From NCBI GenBank assembly GCA_963740315.1, contig CAVUDP010000001.1, positions 1,248,001 through 1,312,000 on the forward strand: a DNA stretch of 64,000 bases, read 5' to 3'. Source of the DNA: an uncultured cyanobacterium. GTDB lineage: Bacteria; Cyanobacteriota; Cyanobacteriia; Cyanobacteriales; Nostocaceae. Positions 60,835-64,000 of this stretch are shown in pieces. The position numbers were made by a program, and so were the translations under genes. Under the pieces are notes generated by a model, which saw nothing but the letters and a program-made list of their open reading frames with translations, searched no databases and was not told the origin of the DNA. Numbering within the stretch: position 1 is the first letter of the stretch; every line of letters starts with the position of its first letter.

Positions 60835-62169
60835 CTAATCTATCTTTAATTTTGCAATCGAATTATTACTACCAGATTGGACAATTTTAAATTTCGTACC
60901 TTGAATAACTGAGTTTAAAAACTTTTTAAATTGACTAAATCCTTGTTTCTTGTAGTCAAAACCGGAAACTTGCTCTTTAAAAACCTTCTGAACATCTGAA
61001 AAACATACACCATTTTGTTTTAATGCAGTCTGGTAAGGCTCGTTAGTTCTCAAATATTCTAAAACAAATTTATAATTATTTTTTTTCTTATTCTTCCCTT
61101 GTTCAACTTTAGCTGTTGTTTCGTCCAGATTTTTTTGTACTGAAGCAGGTAATCTAATAAAGTAATCGCAAACAGCAGCAAATATATCATTGGTTTGGTT
61201 TTCATAACCGCATCCAATAACTACTTTCCCGTATTCATGCAGCTTTTTGGCTAAACAAGAAAATCCACCATCACCAGATACAATTGCAAAAACTTCTAGT
61301 GAGGGTTTGCTATGAATTAATTCAACTGCATCAATTACCAGTTGAATATCAGCTGCATTTTTATGATTACTGAAGCCAAAAATCTGAATCGGCTCAATAC
61401 CAAGCTGTTGAATGTCGTTTTTTATTCGGCTTAATCTACTATCACTCCAATCAGCGTAAGCATATTGTCCGGCAATTTTATTAACTAAACTGTATCGCTT
61501 TATCTTTTGTGTAATATCTTCTAAAGAAAAATTAAATTTAGGATTGCTATTACCTTCTGTTAAATTTTCGATGTCGTAAAGAATTACCGTGTTAAAACTT
61601 TGGTATGGTGTTTTTATCTCTTGAATTGCCGAAACTATCGGTTGTAAATCTATTGTTAGTGCAGGTTGTTTTTGAAACTGCATCACTTGCAGAAGTTGTG
61701 CTTTTAATTCGCAAGATTGCTGCTTTTCTTGGTTAAATTGTTCTGTTAAATTGTTTATCTTACTCTGAGTTTGAACGGTGTTTTCTTTTAGTTCCGTAAT
61801 CGTTTTTGACAAAATATCTTGACGCTGCTGATAAACACTAATCAAATTTTGCTGAATATCGCTCCAATCTGGGGGAAAAGCTTCGCGAGTAATGACTGTG
61901 AGCGCTGATTCGTAACCTGCGATCGCAATTTCTAAATTAATCGAACGATTTCCTTGTTCAAAGTTTTCAATTAAGTTACTAAACTTAACAATAAGCCTAG
62001 CGATGCTAACAGTTTTAGCTGGTTGATTTGCAAATGTTCGACTTGCGAATTCTCTTAAGCCCAAAGCAAAATTGCGATCGAGCTTATCTAAATGCTCTCC
62101 TAAAAGCGGATTTATATCTTTGTTTTGACTAATATCTTTTAAAAAACAGAGTATTAAATCTTGACGCAT
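60835..62169 (-). CDS. NYN (LabA/DUF88, PIN-like) domain protein with an N-terminal TPR-like repeat, coiled coil and C-terminal OST-HTH
   Basis: LYDIEN, YADW, KNAADIQL.ID, VSGDGGF and FDYKKQGFSQFKKFL. Confidence 0.82.
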   Translation of the reverse strand: MRQDLILCFLKDISQNKDINPLLGEHLDKLDRNFALGLREFASRTFANQPAKTVSIARLIVKFSNLIENFEQGNRSINLEIAIAGYESALTVITREAFPPDWSDIQQNLISVYQQRQDILSKTITELKENTVQTQSKINNLTEQFNQEKQQSCELKAQLLQVMQFQKQPALTIDLQPIVSAIQEIKTPYQSFNTVILYDIENLTEGNSNPKFNFSLEDITQKIKRYSLVNKIAGQYAYADWSDSRLSRIKNDIQQLGIEPIQIFGFSNHKNAADIQLVIDAVELIHSKPSLEVFAIVSGDGGFSCLAKKLHEYGKVVIGCGYENQTNDIFAAVCDYFIRLPASVQKNLDETTAKVEQGKNKKKNNYKFVLEYLRTNEPYQTALKQNGVCFSDVQKVFKEQVSGFDYKKQGFSQFKKFLNSVIQGTKFKIVQSGSNNSIAKLKID

Positions 62170-62300
62170 TGCTGCAACCCTTATAATGCAACGATAAACT
62201 TAGTTTTCCCAAATTTTCGCTACATCTAACGGTTTGAAACAGTAAATAGTTACGAGTAAACACATCTATAATTCCTAACTCCTAACTCTTAACTCCTAAC

Positions 62301-63209
62301 TTATAAAGGCGTTAACCAATAAGTAGTTCTGCCGATAAGTTTCTTTTTAAAACCTAATTTAGGTAATTTTTCTGGTGGATAACCGACATAAGTCCAGTGT
62401 GGTACGTCATATTCTACAGTGCGATACCAACCGTTTTTATTTAAAGCTTGTATTTGCTTTTTATTAGTTGCTCCTAAATCAATTGCCAATCCCCATAAAT
62501 GTTGTGAAGTACCTGGTGGTGCTACCGTACCCAAAATTCTTCTTTCTTTTCCTTGTCTAACTAAATCTAATGTTTTAGAGTTTGTATACTTTTTCCAAAA
62601 CCTTGTAGTTGTTGCAAAACTACGCATACAGTCACTATTTCCACGTCCAGATTTAAGCCGAAATCTTGATTGACTGCGTGCTTTATTTAAAGCATCAGCA
62701 GCAGATTTTTGTAAATAACAATTGTTCGTACCCGTTACTTTTCCCTTTGTCAGAGTAGCTTGAAATTGTTGGGTTTCTCGATCGTTTTTAAATGCTACTT
62801 TTTTAGGTAATTTAATTGTTGGTTCTAAATTCACAAATGGCGCACCGTAAGCACGCAGCAAAATATATTCGTAACTATCATCCCTCGGAATTGTCGGGAA
62901 TTGATTCATCAATGCTGCAATAAATCGCTCTTTATCATTTAAAGTTCTAGCCGGAGTTTTAGTCGGTGAAGGAATTATTATTGGTGATTTTGGTTTGGGG
63001 GGAGTCGTACACTTTTTATCCAAAAGTCTATTTACCAAGCAGTTTTCTACCCGATCGATATCGCTGCTTGGCTCGCTATGAGCAATCCGATCGGTAGCAA
63101 CTAAAGTCACAACTATATATGTAACAATAATCAAAAAAGCTATTTTCCTAAAAATCATTTTCATCAATTTATCGAGTAACAGTTGATACATTTTAATTGC
63201 AAAAGCCAA
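62301..63209 (-). CDS. D-Ala-D-Ala carboxypeptidase, M15B/VanY-like
   Basis: RSF, APPGTSQHLWGLAID and PHW. The true start is probably a later Met. Confidence 0.8.
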   Translation of the reverse strand: MAFAIKMYQLLLDKLMKMIFRKIAFLIIVTYIVVTLVATDRIAHSEPSSDIDRVENCLVNRLLDKKCTTPPKPKSPIIIPSPTKTPARTLNDKERFIAALMNQFPTIPRDDSYEYILLRAYGAPFVNLEPTIKLPKKVAFKNDRETQQFQATLTKGKVTGTNNCYLQKSAADALNKARSQSRFRLKSGRGNSDCMRSFATTTRFWKKYTNSKTLDLVRQGKERRILGTVAPPGTSQHLWGLAIDLGATNKKQIQALNKNGWYRTVEYDVPHWTYVGYPPEKLPKLGFKKKLIGRTTYWLTPL

Positions 63210-63279
63210 ACATTAAAGTTTGAAAAATTACATTAAAATATTAAAGTAAATTTGGTTCGAGAAGTTAAATTAACCTGAT

Positions 63280-63448
63280 ATCTTGCACCATTTTCGTTAA
63301 ACCTTCATAACCGCCTTGAAATCAATTTCAAGGCTCATATACAAAGTACGTTAAAACGCACTAAAAGCCCTGTTCAGTCTTCTTTAGAAGACTTTGTATA
63401 TTAGCCTGAGAATTTATTCTAAGGCGGTTGTTGAGAATGGTGCAAGAT
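63280..63448. mobile_element. MITE-like element with 13-bp terminal inverted repeats and a long internal fold-back
   Basis: ATCTTGCACCATT ... AATGGTGCAAGAT ends; internal AACCGCCTT/AAGGCGGTT and ATATACAAAGT/ACTTTGTATAT pairs. Confidence 0.7.
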
Positions 63449-63612
63449 GTGAGATTAACAAGACTTAGATACAAAGGTCGATCGCAACAATAATTTTCTT
63501 TTTATAAAAGAATAACAGTGGTTTTGCCCAGCATTTTATTAGTACTGTACAATCATTAAATGACTGTATCGGTTAAAATTAGATTAACCCTAAATGATGC
63601 TGAACTCTACGT

Positions 63613-64000
63613 ATGACCATGCACAATTGTGTTGAGTTCCAAGACTCTTTTGATGTCATAGTTGTTGGTGCAGGTCACTCTGGTTGTGAAGCGGCTTTAG
63701 CTACTGCACGGCTGGGCTGTCGTACCCTTCTATTGACGCTCAACTTGGATAAAATTGCTTGGCAACCCTGCAATCCTGCTGTGGGTGGTCCGGCAAAATC
63801 TCAGTTAACCCACGAAGTAGATGCGCTCGGTGGGGAAATTGGGAAAATGGCAGACCGTACTTACGTGCAAAAACGAATTCTTAATTCTTCACGGGGTCCT
63901 GCTGTATGGGCGTTACGCGCTCAAACTGATAAGCGCGAATATGCGTTGCTGATGAAGGAAATTATCGATAACCAAGATTTCCTCAGCGTCCGTGAAGCAA
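63613..64000 (+). CDS. mnmG: tRNA uridine-5-carboxymethylaminomethyl(34) synthesis enzyme; 3' end runs off the window
   Basis: Manual translation [18 protein letters not shown]...[21 protein letters not shown]...[14 protein letters not shown]. Confidence 0.97.
   Translation, partial: MTMHNCVEFQDSFDVIVVGAGHSGCEAALATARLGCRTLLLTLNLDKIAWQPCNPAVGGPAKSQLTHEVDALGGEIGKMADRTYVQKRILNSSRGPAVWALRAQTDKREYALLMKEIIDNQDFLSVREA

Overview
This is a gene-dense window of a cyanobacterial chromosome. Frequent HIP1 GCGATCGC octamers, 7-9 bp short tandem repeat arrays, REP/MITE-like palindromes, por, cyanobacteriochrome sensors and an xisI remnant suggest a heterocyst-forming Nostocales genome (Rivularia/Calothrix-like, by inference). 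It holds about 50 CDSs or CDS remnants. Housekeeping and metabolic genes include partial bioA, comB, por, a DAHP synthase, NDH-2, dacB, speE and partial mnmG. Signalling genes include a CheB-CheR-PAS kinase, a 4-GAF cyanobacteriochrome kinase, an ethylene-receptor-like kinase and a hybrid kinase pair. There are two glycosyl-modification clusters and a decayed segment at 30.3-31.6 kb with three gene fragments next to a LYS21-type homocitrate synthase. The best candidate for an undescribed system is the minus-strand cluster at 52.9-57.3 kb: a PspA-like coiled-coil protein, a divergent Lgt paralog, a degenerate permease, a tetraether-synthase (Tes/GDGT-MAS)-like radical SAM enzyme, and two paralogous small membrane proteins that end in a lipobox-like Cys motif. 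No rRNA, tRNA, CRISPR array or transposase was recognised. All assignments come from reading motifs by eye; no database searches were run.
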